Below, piece by piece: positions 18,146 through 25,886 of a stretch of 34,489 nucleotides of DNA. Source of the stretch: Candidatus Micrarchaeia archaeon (lineage in GTDB: Archaea > Micrarchaeota > Micrarchaeia > Norongarragalinales > UBA8480). The notes beneath the pieces are model-generated. The model saw nothing but the letters and a program-made list of their open reading frames with translations, searched no databases and had not been told where the DNA came from. The stretch lies in assembly GCA_039794045.1 (NCBI GenBank), contig JBAMLY010000008.1, positions 1 through 34,489 on the forward strand, written 5' to 3'. The position numbers were made by a program, and so were the translations under genes. The first letter of the stretch is position 1; every line of letters starts with the position of its first letter.

Positions 18146-18904
18146 TCAGCTTTCTATCCTCTTGAAAAGCGCGGCCGCCGCGTAGGTGGAGACGACGAAG
18201 AAGAGCAGAAGCACCGCCACGCAGAGGGCGAGCGGCAGTTCCGACGAGCCGGTGAGGGTGAAGCGCAGCGCCTCCACGCCGTAAGTCAGCGGGTTCGCGT
18301 AGGAAAGCGCCTGCACAGGCAGGGGCGCGTTAACTAGCGGGAATAGCGCGCCGGAGAGGAAGAACATCGGCATTACGAGGAAGTTCATCACCAGCTGGAA
18401 GCCGTGCATGTCCTCCATCATGGAGGCGATTGCTATGCCGACCGACACGAAGGCCACCGAAATCAGCACCATCAAGACTATTGCGAGCGGCAGCGCGAGA
18501 AGGTTCAAGTGAACGCCCATCAGCAGCGCAATCACGAGCATCAGCAAACCCTGGATGACCGCGGTGGTGGCGCCGCCAAGAGCCTTGCCTATCGCGATGC
18601 TGGTGCGGCTCACGGGCGCGACTAGCGTTTCCTTGAGGAAGCCGAACTGGCGGTCCATTATTATCGTGACGCCAGAGAAAATCGAGCCGAACAGCAGCAC
18701 CATGCCGAGTATGCCCGGCGCGATGAACTCCATGTAGGAGCCGCTGAAGCCCGGAAGGCTGAGCGCGCCGTTCAGGCCAGTGCCGATTATTGCGAGGAAG
18801 AAGAAGGGCATGCCGAGGCTGCCGATGACGCGGCTCTTCGCGCGCCAGAAGCGGATGATCTCGCGCTTCCACAGCCAGTAGATTGCCGAGAGGTTCACGT
18901 TCAT
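18146..18904 (-). CDS. ABC-2 type transporter permease (DrrB-like)
   Basis: DRQFGFLKETLVAPVSR, PMFFLSGALFP, NPLTYGVEALR; ATGA overlap with the ATPase gene. Confidence 0.92.
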   Translation of the reverse strand: MNVNLSAIYWLWKREIIRFWRAKSRVIGSLGMPFFFLAIIGTGLNGALSLPGFSGSYMEFIAPGILGMVLLFGSIFSGVTIIMDRQFGFLKETLVAPVSRTSIAIGKALGGATTAVIQGLLMLVIALLMGVHLNLLALPLAIVLMVLISVAFVSVGIAIASMMEDMHGFQLVMNFLVMPMFFLSGALFPLVNAPLPVQALSYANPLTYGVEALRFTLTGSSELPLALCVAVLLLFFVVSTYAAAALFKRIES

Positions 18905-19890
18905 GGGCGTCTCCCCGCCTTCAGCCTCATGCGCCACGCGTCCTTCGCCGATGCGCCTTCCTCGCGGATCGCCCTGCCGGTGTGGTGAAGGAACACGTCG
19001 TCCAGCGACGGCTTGCGCAGGTTCACGAATGAAACCTTCAGGCCCGCCGAGCGCGCGGCCTCGATTATCTTCGGAATCTGCTTTTCGCCCTCGGAAACGC
19101 GGACAACCAGCTTGCTGTTCTCCGAAAGGACTTCCCTGCAGCAGCCCTTCTTGCGCAGCAACTTTTCAAGAAGCGCGTTGTCGTCGCAGGCTATTTCAAC
19201 TATGTCGCCGCCGAGGGAGTTCTTCAGCTCGGCTGGCGAGCCGCGGACTACTATCCTGCCGCGGTCGATTATCGCGATGCGGTCGCAGAGGCTGTCCGCC
19301 TCGTCCAGGTAATGCGTGGTAAGCACTATCGTGATCCCCTTTTCCTTTTTCAGGCGGCGGATGTACTGCCAGACGTGCTCGCGCGTCTGCGGGTCCAGGC
19401 CCAGCGTGGGCTCGTCGAGGAAAAGCACCTTCGGGTAGTGCAGCAGGCTGCGCGCAATCTCCAGCCTGCGCCTCATGCCGCCGGAAAAAGTCTTGACCAG
19501 GTCCTTGGCGCGGTCTGAGAGCTCAACCACTTCCAGCGCTTCCCTCATCCGCTGCTCGCGGTCCGCGCGCTCCACTCCGTACATCACTGCATGCAGTTCG
19601 AGGTTTTCCCGCGCGGTGAGCTCCTCGTCAAGCGAGGGGTCCTGGAACACTATGCCTATGCTGGCGCGCACCTTTCCCGAGTCGCGGACAACGTCGAAGC
19701 CGTTGACTTTCGCGCTGCCGCTCGTGGGGTGCTTGGTGGTGACGAGCATGGAGATGAGCGTGGTCTTTCCCGCGCCGTTGGGCCCCAGGAGGCCGAAGGT
19801 CTCGCCCTTGCGGACGCTGAGCGAAACCTTGTCCACTGCGGTGAGCTTGCCGAACCGCTTGGTCAAACTAGTTGTTTCGATGGCATTCAT
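18901..19890 (-). CDS. ABC transporter ATP-binding protein (DrrA-like)
   Basis: Walker A GPNGAGKTT, FSGGMRRR, LFLDEPT, LTTHY. Confidence 0.95.
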   Translation of the reverse strand: MNAIETTSLTKRFGKLTAVDKVSLSVRKGETFGLLGPNGAGKTTLISMLVTTKHPTSGSAKVNGFDVVRDSGKVRASIGIVFQDPSLDEELTARENLELHAVMYGVERADREQRMREALEVVELSDRAKDLVKTFSGGMRRRLEIARSLLHYPKVLFLDEPTLGLDPQTREHVWQYIRRLKKEKGITIVLTTHYLDEADSLCDRIAIIDRGRIVVRGSPAELKNSLGGDIVEIACDDNALLEKLLRKKGCCREVLSENSKLVVRVSEGEKQIPKIIEAARSAGLKVSFVNLRKPSLDDVFLHHTGRAIREEGASAKDAWRMRLKAGRRP

Positions 19891-19903
19891 TGCAGTTTAC
19901 CGT

Positions 19904-20209
19904 TCAGCGCTTCTGCGTGGCGTCCTCCTTCATGATGAACTTGACCATGAGGAAGATTACGAGCGCCACTATGATGAAGTCGATGACGGCGCCGATGAAG
20001 TCGCCGATGAGGAACTTGGAGTTGCCGACCTGCACCGCGATGGTCCTCCAGTCGCCGCCAGGAATAATCATCCCTACTATGGGCATCACGAGGTCGTTCA
20101 CGAGGGCGGTCACGAGCTTGGTGGCCGCGACGCCGATTATGAACGCGACCGCGAGGCCGAGAACCTGGTACTTCTTCAGGAAATCCTTGAATTCAGCAAC
20201 AAAACCCAC
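19904..20209 (-). CDS. mscL: Large-conductance mechanosensitive channel
   Basis: EFKDFL...LAVAFIIG.A..KLV.ALVNDLVMP...GDFIGAVIDFIIVA. Confidence 0.9.
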   Translation of the reverse strand: MGFVAEFKDFLKKYQVLGLAVAFIIGVAATKLVTALVNDLVMPIVGMIIPGGDWRTIAVQVGNSKFLIGDFIGAVIDFIIVALVIFLMVKFIMKEDATQKR

Positions 20210-20268
20210 TCGATCACCTTACAGGAATAATTCGCCTAGGATTTAAAACGGGAGTGCCGCGCGCTGAA

Positions 20269-20757
20269 TTACTGCTTGCGGGGCAGCTCGTCCTCGGCGG
20301 TCACGCGGAACAGTTTTGCGCCGCTTTTCTCGCACTCGAGCGCCTTGCGGCCGAAAGGCAGGAGAAGTTTCATCGCCTCTTCCTCGGAAAACCACGCGGC
20401 CCCGCTTTCATCCGCGCCCGCCTTGAGCTCGCCTTCCAACGGTTTCGCGGAAATTATGGCTACGAACATGTGGCACGGGTTTCCTATCAGCTCCCCCAGG
20501 CAAACCAGTTTTTCGGCCCTGGCGCGGATTCCCGCCTCTTCCTCGACCTCGCGCTCGGCGGCATCGAACAGCGACTCGCCGCCCGCAACCTTGCCGCCGG
20601 GCAGGCTCCAGTAGCCTTCGTAGTATCCCTTGCCCACCCGAATAAGCAGGAGCTTGCCTTCCTTGTTGCGCACTATGGCGTTGGCGTTGACCTTGAAGCA
20701 ACTGCGCGAAGGGCAGTCGTAGTAAAGCCTTCCTCCCTCGCAACGCGTTTCAGCCAT
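20269..20757 (-). CDS. NUDIX hydrolase
   Basis: WSLPGGKVAGGESLFDAAEREVEEEAG Nudix box. Confidence 0.88.
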   Translation of the reverse strand: MAETRCEGGRLYYDCPSRSCFKVNANAIVRNKEGKLLLIRVGKGYYEGYWSLPGGKVAGGESLFDAAEREVEEEAGIRARAEKLVCLGELIGNPCHMFVAIISAKPLEGELKAGADESGAAWFSEEEAMKLLLPFGRKALECEKSGAKLFRVTAEDELPRKQ

Positions 20758-20815
20758 TCAAAACACCTTGAAGTAAGAGTGCCGCGGGGGAGAATTGAAC
20801 CCCCGACCTCCAGAT

Positions 20816-20855
20816 GGCTCGAGCGACTTTAAAGCGACGAGCGCTTTTTTTCGCT
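20816..20855 (-). other. 40-nt canonical (37/38) intron of tRNA-Met
   Basis: Removal restores the CTCATAA loop. Confidence 0.82.
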
Positions 20856-20862
20856 TATGAGT

Positions 20863-20946
20863 TTCGCGCCAGCTTTTCCGTGGAGCTTTTTCGGGCAGCG
20901 AAGCAAAGGCTTGCAGCCGAGCGAAGCCGCGACGAAAAAAGGCTGA
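20863..20946 (-). other. 84-nt intron at 30/31 of tRNA-Met; diverged family B
   Basis: Removal restores the CCAGA/TCTGG stem; relaxed BHB; shares CTTTT..TCGTCGC and CGAAAA.GC...ACGGAAAAG blocks with the Ala/Glu introns. Confidence 0.8.
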
Positions 20947-21034
20947 CTGGCGCTCTAACCAACTGAGCTACCGCGGCAAATTATTTTGTTTTTGGGCGAG
21001 AATCAATAAAAAGCGTTGCTAATTAACTTGTTTC

Positions 21035-21529
21035 ATGGACTTGACTGCCTTGATTTCTTCTTGGAGTAACTCAGTGGTTACTGTTGTGGCTCGCTTTTTT
21101 CACGAGTACTGGGGGCTGGGAGTGTTCTTCTTGCCTGCCGGGCTATTGTTCGCGCGGAAAAAGAAGGCTTTAGTGCTCGCGTTGGCGTTGGCGTTGTTGT
21201 TGGTTCCGGTGCTGAAAAGCGTTTATGCTCAACCGCGTCCTTGCGCGAACTTGAAGGTCGAGTGCGAGCAAGACTACGGCTTTCCTTCGGCTCACGCGGT
21301 AGTCGCATTCGTTTTCGCTGCCGCTTCAGTGGGGTCTTGGCTTTTCTTTTTGTTCTTGCCTGCGGCGGTTTTCGTGGCTTTCTCGCGGGTTTACTTGGGA
21401 GTGCATAGCTTCGAGCAGGTCGCCGGCGGAGTGGCTCTTGGGGTAGTATTGTTTTTCGTGGCCGACGCTATAGTAGAGCGTATTAGTTCAGTGTTTGAAG
21501 GTGTTTTTTCTTGGCGGAAGTCAACTTGA
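21035..21529 (+). CDS. PAP2-family membrane phosphatase
   Basis: KxxxxxxRP, FPSAHA and SRVYLGVH motifs. Confidence 0.88.
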   Translation: MDLTALISSWSNSVVTVVARFFHEYWGLGVFFLPAGLLFARKKKALVLALALALLLVPVLKSVYAQPRPCANLKVECEQDYGFPSAHAVVAFVFAAASVGSWLFFLFLPAAVFVAFSRVYLGVHSFEQVAGGVALGVVLFFVADAIVERISSVFEGVFSWRKST

Positions 21530-22074
21530 AGGAAGCTCGGCGGCAGGCAGTGCACGTGTTGGCTGGCTTGCTTGTAGTCGCCTCGGTTTTCGTGGCGGGT
21601 TTCCAGCTTACTTTGTTGTTCTTGTTGGCAGTGTTGTGCGCTGGCTTTGCTTTGTCGACAGTTAAAGCGTTAGGTGGCTCGATAGGAGTTTTCGACGAGG
21701 CTTTAAAGCAATTAGAGCGAGGTGGCGTCATGCCTTTTCATGGCGCGCTCGCTTTCGTTGCCGGCGCTCTTTTTGCTCTCACGTTTTCTCCAGACCGCGC
21801 TTTTGGTTTGGGGGTGGTAATGATTCTCGCTTTCGGGGACGGTTTTTCTACTCTCGTGGGCTTGACTGGCCGTACGCGTCTTCCCTGGAACAAGAAAAAA
21901 ACTTGGCGGGGGTTGCTTGCCTTTACTTTGGCGGGAGGAATTGCCTCGCTTGCTTTCATGAGCGTGGCGGGACTTGGTTACGCTTTAATTTGTGGTTTAG
22001 TGGAAAGCGTTGACGCGGGCTTGGACGACAACATTCTAGTGCCAGTCGCCGCAGTAGCACTTAAAATGGTTTGA
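21511..22074 (+). CDS. Dolichol/phytol kinase-like (CTP-dependent) membrane protein
   Basis: RQAVH, LAFGDGFSTLVG, KKTWRG and DDNILVP motifs. Confidence 0.82.
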   Translation: MAEVNLKEARRQAVHVLAGLLVVASVFVAGFQLTLLFLLAVLCAGFALSTVKALGGSIGVFDEALKQLERGGVMPFHGALAFVAGALFALTFSPDRAFGLGVVMILAFGDGFSTLVGLTGRTRLPWNKKKTWRGLLAFTLAGGIASLAFMSVAGLGYALICGLVESVDAGLDDNILVPVAAVALKMV

Positions 22075-22092
22075 GTTAAGAGGTGTTTTTGA

Positions 22093-22731
22093 TTGCCGGA
22101 GAAAGGCGTTTTTATAGTCGTGGAAGGAATTGACGGCAGCGGCAAGGGCTTCATTACTTCGCGCTTGCAGGAATACGTGATGAACCGCTCCAAAAAATAC
22201 GATCACGTTCTCGTCACGCGCGAGCCAACGCATGGGAGGTTCGGGCAAAGAATTCGAGAGATTCTGCGCAGCGAGAAAGACCCTTACGCTGGAGCAAGAC
22301 AGTGCCTAGAGCTTTACGTTAACGACCGACGCGAGCACTTGCGCAACCACATAGAGCCAGCGCTGGCTAAAGGGTACGTGGTGTTGTGCGACCGCTACAA
22401 GTATTCCACTATCGCGTTCCAGCAAGCCCAAGGAATTCCACTTGCTGAACTCATGGCTTCCCAGCAGTCAATGCGTTCGCCTGACTTGGTTTTGTTGCTT
22501 GACTTGCCAGCAAAGATTGGTTTGGAGCGCGTGCGCGAAAGAGAGGGAAAAGAAGGGAACGAGAAGTTCGAGCAACTCGAGTTCGCGGAGAAAGTGCGCC
22601 AAAATTACTTGGACGTGGCAAGGCTTTTCCCGACAGAAAAAATTTTCGTGGTAGACGCTTCAAAAACCAGGGAAGAAGTGTGGGCGCAAGTCAAGAAAAT
22701 AGTTGACGACAGCGGCGTTCTACCTTACTGA
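22093..22731 (+). CDS. tmk: Thymidylate kinase
   Basis: FIVVEGIDGSGK, TREPT, VLCDRYKYSTIAFQ, PDLVLLLD. Confidence 0.92.
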   Translation: MPEKGVFIVVEGIDGSGKGFITSRLQEYVMNRSKKYDHVLVTREPTHGRFGQRIREILRSEKDPYAGARQCLELYVNDRREHLRNHIEPALAKGYVVLCDRYKYSTIAFQQAQGIPLAELMASQQSMRSPDLVLLLDLPAKIGLERVREREGKEGNEKFEQLEFAEKVRQNYLDVARLFPTEKIFVVDASKTREEVWAQVKKIVDDSGVLPY

Positions 22732-22778
22732 AACGAATTTATTTATTGCCTGCAAGAATTATTCAGCGATTTTTTGTT

Positions 22779-22936
22779 GCTCCAGTCGTCTAGCTCGGTC
22801 AAGGATACCGGCCTTTCAAGCAACCCTTTTCTTCGTCGCTCCGCCTTCGGGGCTCCGTTCCTCGAAAAGCGTTGACGGAAAGGAAAAGGCGCTGCGCAGA
22901 AAGCCGGCGACCCGGGTTCAAATCCCGGTTGGAGCA
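22779..22936 (+). tRNA. tRNA-Glu(TTC) with canonical intron
   Basis: GCTCCAG/TTGGAGC acceptor; CCGGC-CTTTCA|A-GCCGG; CCGGG-TTCAAAT-CCCGG. Confidence 0.93.
22819..22901 (+). other. 83-nt canonical intron of tRNA-Glu; intron family B
   Basis: 60 of the first 63 nt identical to the tRNA-Ala intron (manual alignment). Confidence 0.9.
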
Positions 22937-22949
22937 CTCTTCAATCACT

Positions 22950-23393
22950 TCATTTCTTTTTGCTTGGTTTGCTTAACCGTTTTTTTGAAACGAGGGGAAG
23001 CAACCACAACGGCTTTTTCGAAGGCGGTTGTGAAACAAAGTGAAGGCTGCCGTCTTCTTTTACGGCGACGAAGTCGTATTTTTCCACGAGCTCGTAAGTC
23101 TTGTAGCGAGCGGAATAATCAGAGCGAGTTATTTTCTTGTGAGAGAAAATCATTTGAGAAACGAAGTCATGCGCCTTCAAGTAATTCTTGTAAACCGAGT
23201 TGAAGCGCTTAACTGAAGCGAAAGCAGCTACTACTCCTCCTGGCACGAACGCGGCAGCAGCCAAAGAAAGAGGAGCTTCCTTTACCAGCATTTTTAAGAG
23301 CGAGTCTCTTTTTTCCACAAAGTCTTCTATGGCGCTCCGCAGTCTAGGGTGAACGTGCTCTGCAGCAACTACTTGTCCTTTTTCTTGCAGCAC
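22950..23393 (-). CDS. Hypothetical protein
   Basis: 147-aa ORF starting 4 nt after the enolase stop; no recognised motif. Confidence 0.6.
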   Translation of the reverse strand: MLQEKGQVVAAEHVHPRLRSAIEDFVEKRDSLLKMLVKEAPLSLAAAAFVPGGVVAAFASVKRFNSVYKNYLKAHDFVSQMIFSHKKITRSDYSARYKTYELVEKYDFVAVKEDGSLHFVSQPPSKKPLWLLPLVSKKRLSKPSKKK

Positions 23394-23397
23394 GCCA

Positions 23398-24663
23398 TCA
23401 ACTCTTCAAGCCAAAGCCAGCCTTGCGCCCCAGCTCTTCCTCTATGCGCAGCAAGCGATTGTATTTCGCGGTGCGCTCCCCCCTGCACGGCGCGCCGAAC
23501 TTGCATTGGCTCGCCCCCAAAGCAACTGCGAGGTCGGCGATGAAAGAGTCCTCTGTTTCTCCCGAACGGTGCGAAACCACCATGCGCCAGCCCGCCTTCT
23601 TGGCCAACAGCGCAGCGCCGATTGCTTCGCAGACAGTCCCAACCTGGTTCGGCTTCAAAAGTAGTGCATTGCAAGCGCACAACTGCACTGCGCGCTTTAT
23701 CCGCGAAACATTAGTTACAAGCAAGTCGTCACCGACAAGCTGCAGCTTTCTTCCGAGAACTAAGTTTAGTTCCACCCATCCTTCCCAGTCGTCTTCCGCC
23801 AAGCCATCCTCAACTGAGTAAAGCGGGTAATCCCTTGCAAGCCCTTCGTAAAGCGAAATCATTTTGCTTGACGAAAACTGTTTTCCCCGCAACAAATAAA
23901 CGCCGTCCTTTCCGAACTCGCTGGAAGCCGCGTCAAGCGCCAACGCAACCTTGTCAGCGTGGCCTGCCTGTTCTGCTGCCTTCAACAACACGTCAAAGCG
24001 CTCCTCCACGGTCTTCAACGGAGGAGCAAAACCGCCTTCGTCGGCAACCAGCGTTGCGCTAGCACCGAACTTCTTCTTCAAAATTGCTTTCAGCTCCGCA
24101 AAACACTCCGCGCCTATCTCGAGCGCCTCAGAAAAAGTTTTTGCTTTGATTGGCGCGAGCAAGTGCTCCTGGAAATCGTTCTCGATTCCAGCGTGCTTGC
24201 CGCCATTAATCATGTTGAACTGCGGCAAAGGCAAACGCAATCTCTTGTTTTCTGCTACTCTTGCAAGGAAAGCGTATAAGGGGATTCCGCGTTCCGCGGC
24301 GGCAGACCGCGCGACAGCCATTGAAACCGCTAGAACAGCGTTTGCGCCAAGCTTTCTCTTGTCTGGCGTGCCATCCAATTCAATCAAGCGCTCGTCGACT
24401 TCACACAAACAGCGCGCGTCAACGCCTTTCACTCTGCTAGCGATTCGCCCATTAATGTTCGCAACAGCTTTGAGGACGCCCTTGCCTCCGAAGGCCTTGC
24501 CGCCGTCGCGCAGTTCAAGCGCCTCGAAAGAACCAGTGGAAGCCCCCGACGGCACTATGGCTGAGAAGACGCCGCGGTTGGTGCGCACTTCTGCTTCCAC
24601 GGTGGGATTGCCTCTACTGTCCAGGACTTGGCGGCCGCACACTGAAATGATTCTTGAAGCCAT
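23398..24663 (-). CDS. eno: Enolase
   Basis: LDSRGNPTVEAEV, VPSGASTG, DEGGFAP, LVGDDL.VTN, SHRSGETED, ERTAKYNRLLRIEE; start at MASRIIS. Confidence 0.96.
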   Translation of the reverse strand: MASRIISVCGRQVLDSRGNPTVEAEVRTNRGVFSAIVPSGASTGSFEALELRDGGKAFGGKGVLKAVANINGRIASRVKGVDARCLCEVDERLIELDGTPDKRKLGANAVLAVSMAVARSAAAERGIPLYAFLARVAENKRLRLPLPQFNMINGGKHAGIENDFQEHLLAPIKAKTFSEALEIGAECFAELKAILKKKFGASATLVADEGGFAPPLKTVEERFDVLLKAAEQAGHADKVALALDAASSEFGKDGVYLLRGKQFSSSKMISLYEGLARDYPLYSVEDGLAEDDWEGWVELNLVLGRKLQLVGDDLLVTNVSRIKRAVQLCACNALLLKPNQVGTVCEAIGAALLAKKAGWRMVVSHRSGETEDSFIADLAVALGASQCKFGAPCRGERTAKYNRLLRIEEELGRKAGFGLKS

Positions 24664-24707
24664 GAAACAAATTAAATAGTTCTTCTTAATAGTTTTTTGG
24701 GATGCTC

Positions 24708-24917
24708 TTGTGCTTGGCGGTTCCAGGCAAAGTAACGCGAGTAATGAAGGCCGGCGTTGAAGTAACTTACTTTGACGGCAGCAAGCGCAAGGCCGCCGCA
24801 ATCTGCGTGAAGCCACGAAAGGACGACTACGTCATAGTGCAAGCTAAAACAATTCAAAAAATAGTTCCGCGAAAGGAAGCACTAGCAGCTATTTCCGCTT
24901 GGAAGAAATGCGTTTAA
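24708..24917 (+). CDS. HypC/HupF-like protein
   Basis: TTG start gives M-CLAVPGKV...DDYVIVQA; divergent from eno. Confidence 0.75.
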   Translation: MCLAVPGKVTRVMKAGVEVTYFDGSKRKAAAICVKPRKDDYVIVQAKTIQKIVPRKEALAAISAWKKCV

Positions 24918-25416
24918 CTTTCTTGATGGACTGCACGTAAGCCTTCAGCGCAGCCGAGTACTCTGAATCGTTTGGAAGCCACACCACCAAGCCGCGGTGA
25001 ACGAAGACTTTTCTGCCGTCGCGCAACAGTTCCTTGTACTTGCCCGGCGTTACCGCGATTTCCCTTCCTTCAGGAGTCAGCGCGCGAAACTCGCCGCCCT
25101 TGATTAGTATTGTGCACGGATAGGCAAGACAGTGTTCCGCCTCCTTCTTCATGACACGGGCGAGCGCCAGCCTGTCAGCGTTGTGCGCACCAAAAAAATG
25201 CGTTATTACTGGATGCTGTTTATTCTCTTCTAACGCTTTCTTTACGCCGTTTAACGCATCTGGAAACAACTGCAAGTGCTCCCAGCAAACGCATCCAGCG
25301 CTTAAAGCCCGCTGGAACTCGGCAACGCGGTTGGCCACGCCCCTGTCGCCGCTGCACGGCAAGGCAAAAGAGAGAAACATCCGCATTTCACGTTGCGTCA
25401 AGCCCTTTCCCGCCAT
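24889..25416 (-). CDS. Hypothetical Cys/His protein with HypC-like C-terminal motif (DUF6390-like, tentative)
   Basis: FLSFALPC, HFFGAHN, HCLAYPC, GRKVFVHRGLVV. Confidence 0.55.
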   Translation of the reverse strand: MAGKGLTQREMRMFLSFALPCSGDRGVANRVAEFQRALSAGCVCWEHLQLFPDALNGVKKALEENKQHPVITHFFGAHNADRLALARVMKKEAEHCLAYPCTILIKGGEFRALTPEGREIAVTPGKYKELLRDGRKVFVHRGLVVWLPNDSEYSAALKAYVQSIKKVKRISSKRK

Positions 25417-25465
25417 AATCGTTTTACGAGTAAAACATATATATTGGTTTAAGTAAAATTATTTC

Positions 25466-25855
25466 ATGAACAAGAAGCTTAGCCCAAACGAGTTCGACTT
25501 ATTCTTGAACTTTGTCTTCCGCCACAAGCGCTTCCTGAAGCCAAGGGAAACTAGTTTCAGTCAAGCGCAGTTGGAAGACGGCAAAAAACGCGTAGGGAAA
25601 GCAGTAAAAGCAGTTGACAAAAAGAAATTAAAGCCAGAAGAACTCGACGAAATGATTTCAAACCCGAAAAAGCGCTCGACAATCGCGAAAGAAATCAAGA
25701 AAGCATGCAACTGCACTCCAAGGCAAGCGCAAGCAATGGCTGAAAACTTTAGGGCCCTCGAGAACGCAGTCAGGCAGCCTAAGCCAACCAAAATAATTCT
25801 CGAGCCAGCCAAGAACGACAAGTTCTACGCCCCAAAACCTCACAACTACCGCTAG
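25466..25855 (+). CDS. Hypothetical basic protein
   Basis: 129-aa Lys-rich ORF behind an AT-rich divergent promoter region. Confidence 0.65.
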   Translation: MNKKLSPNEFDLFLNFVFRHKRFLKPRETSFSQAQLEDGKKRVGKAVKAVDKKKLKPEELDEMISNPKKRSTIAKEIKKACNCTPRQAQAMAENFRALENAVRQPKPTKIILEPAKNDKFYAPKPHNYR

Positions 25856-25886
25856 CAGCGCGAGACAACTTTTTCTCTTGTTTGTC

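Larger units (their letters stand above)
20780..20977 (-). tRNA. tRNA(CAT), probably elongator Met, two introns (30/31 and 37/38)
   Basis: GCCGCGG/CCGCGGC acceptor; GCTCAGTTGGTTAGAGC D-arm; spliced anticodon arm CCAG|A-CTCATA|A-TCTGG; GGGGG-TTCAATT-CTCCC. Confidence 0.88.
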
